From Nostoc sp. (GTDB lineage: Bacteria > Cyanobacteriota > Cyanobacteriia > Cyanobacteriales > Nostocaceae): a stretch of DNA of 64,000 nucleotides. The notes beneath the pieces were generated by a model, which was not told where the DNA came from, did no database searches, and was given only the letters and a program-made list of their open reading frames with translations. The position numbers and the translations under genes were made by a program. Position 1 is the first letter of the stretch. Every line of letters begins with the position of its first letter. Location of the stretch: positions 32,001 to 96,000 of the forward strand of contig JBALDB010000038.1 of assembly GCA_036918135.1 (NCBI GenBank), given 5' to 3'. This document shows, one piece after another, positions 63,199-64,000 of this stretch.

Positions 63199-64000
63199 TT
63201 AGGATTGCGGTTGAATTGGTGCGCCTTCTCTAAGTTTGAGAATGCCAGCAGTCACGATCGTTTCGCCGGATTTAAGTCCTGAGAGGACTTGATAGTTTGT
63301 GCCTTGAATGTCACCAAGGCGTACTAAACGCTGATGCACAATTTGCTGCTGTTTGCCGTTTACAGTTTTGTTTTCGGTGACAAACACAAAATTTTGTCCA
63401 GCAACGCGAGAAATTGCGGCGGTGGGAATTAAGATACCTGGTTGTTGATTCCAAATCACGCGAGCTTTAACGTATTGCCCATCACGCAGTCGCCGTTGTG
63501 AATTCCGAAAGCGTGCCTTGCTCAAAATCGACTGCTGATTAGAATTCACCGTCGGAGAAATGAAGTTGACCGCGCCCGTACCAATCACTCGCTGCGTGGT
63601 GGGATCGATCAACTGAACGGGCAATCCAATTCGCAGTTGCTTCAATCGATTTGAGGGTACAGAAAGATTCAGATCCAGAGAATCATTTTGCGTGATTGTG
63701 GTAATGGTTTGTCCGGTGTTGACATAATCTCCGACTTTCACTGGAAAATAACCTACTACGCCAGCGATCGGTGCGACCACTCGTTTGAAATTAAGATTGA
63801 CTCGTGAAGCAGCCGTGCTGGCTTGGGCTTGACGTACATTTGCCTGTGCTTGGCGAATGGCTGCACCTGATGCAGCAACTTGTTTATTTGTGGCTTGCAA
63901 GTCTGCGATCGCCGCTTGTAAATTATTTCTGGCAATGTCTAACTCTTGTCTGGCTATGGCTCCTTCATTGACTAACTGTTGGTTACGATTGAATTGTGTC
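63199..64000 (-). CDS. RND efflux periplasmic adaptor (MFP), 5' end outside the window
   Basis: VVAPIAGVVG..VKVGDYV, LIPTAAI, VLSGLKSGETIV; directly upstream of the RND permease. Confidence 0.92.
   Translation of the reverse strand, partial: TQFNRNQQLVNEGAIARQELDIARNNLQAAIADLQATNKQVAASGAAIRQAQANVRQAQASTAASRVNLNFKRVVAPIAGVVGYFPVKVGDYVNTGQTITTITQNDSLDLNLSVPSNRLKQLRIGLPVQLIDPTTQRVIGTGAVNFISPTVNSNQQSILSKARFRNSQRRLRDGQYVKARVIWNQQPGILIPTAAISRVAGQNFVFVTENKTVNGKQQQIVHQRLVRLGDIQGTNYQVLSGLKSGETIVTAGILKLREGAPIQPQS

Overview
64 kb of a filamentous cyanobacterial chromosome, most likely Nostocales. The evidence is abundant HIP1 GCGATCGC sites, heptamer STRR repeats, many MITE/SDR-like intergenic elements and a gap1-pyk-tal cluster. 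Core or near-core genes are mgtE, mtnP, gyrA-lnt, gap1-pyk-tal, dprA, an RND efflux pair and several oxidoreductases. Accessory content includes: (i) two tandem multi-sensor hybrid kinases; (ii) a PA14x3/Calx-beta/sugar-dehydrogenase-like protein; (iii) a TIR-TM-16xWD40-TPR receptor-like protein with near-identical repeats that vary at a few positions; (iv) a variable island with a DUF4157/eCIS-effector-like protein that lacks the DUF4157 core but carries a DUF3626-like C-terminus, plus gene debris; (v) a microviridin-type graspetide cluster with two precursors (one multicore), MdnB/MdnC ligases, a C39-peptidase ABC transporter and HlyD. There are three unrelated 21-nt tandem arrays, one inside a duplicated HIP1-bounded cassette, and several MITEs with visible target-site duplications. 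No rRNA, tRNA, CRISPR array, transposase or reverse transcriptase was recognised. All family assignments are from motif recognition by eye, not from database searches.
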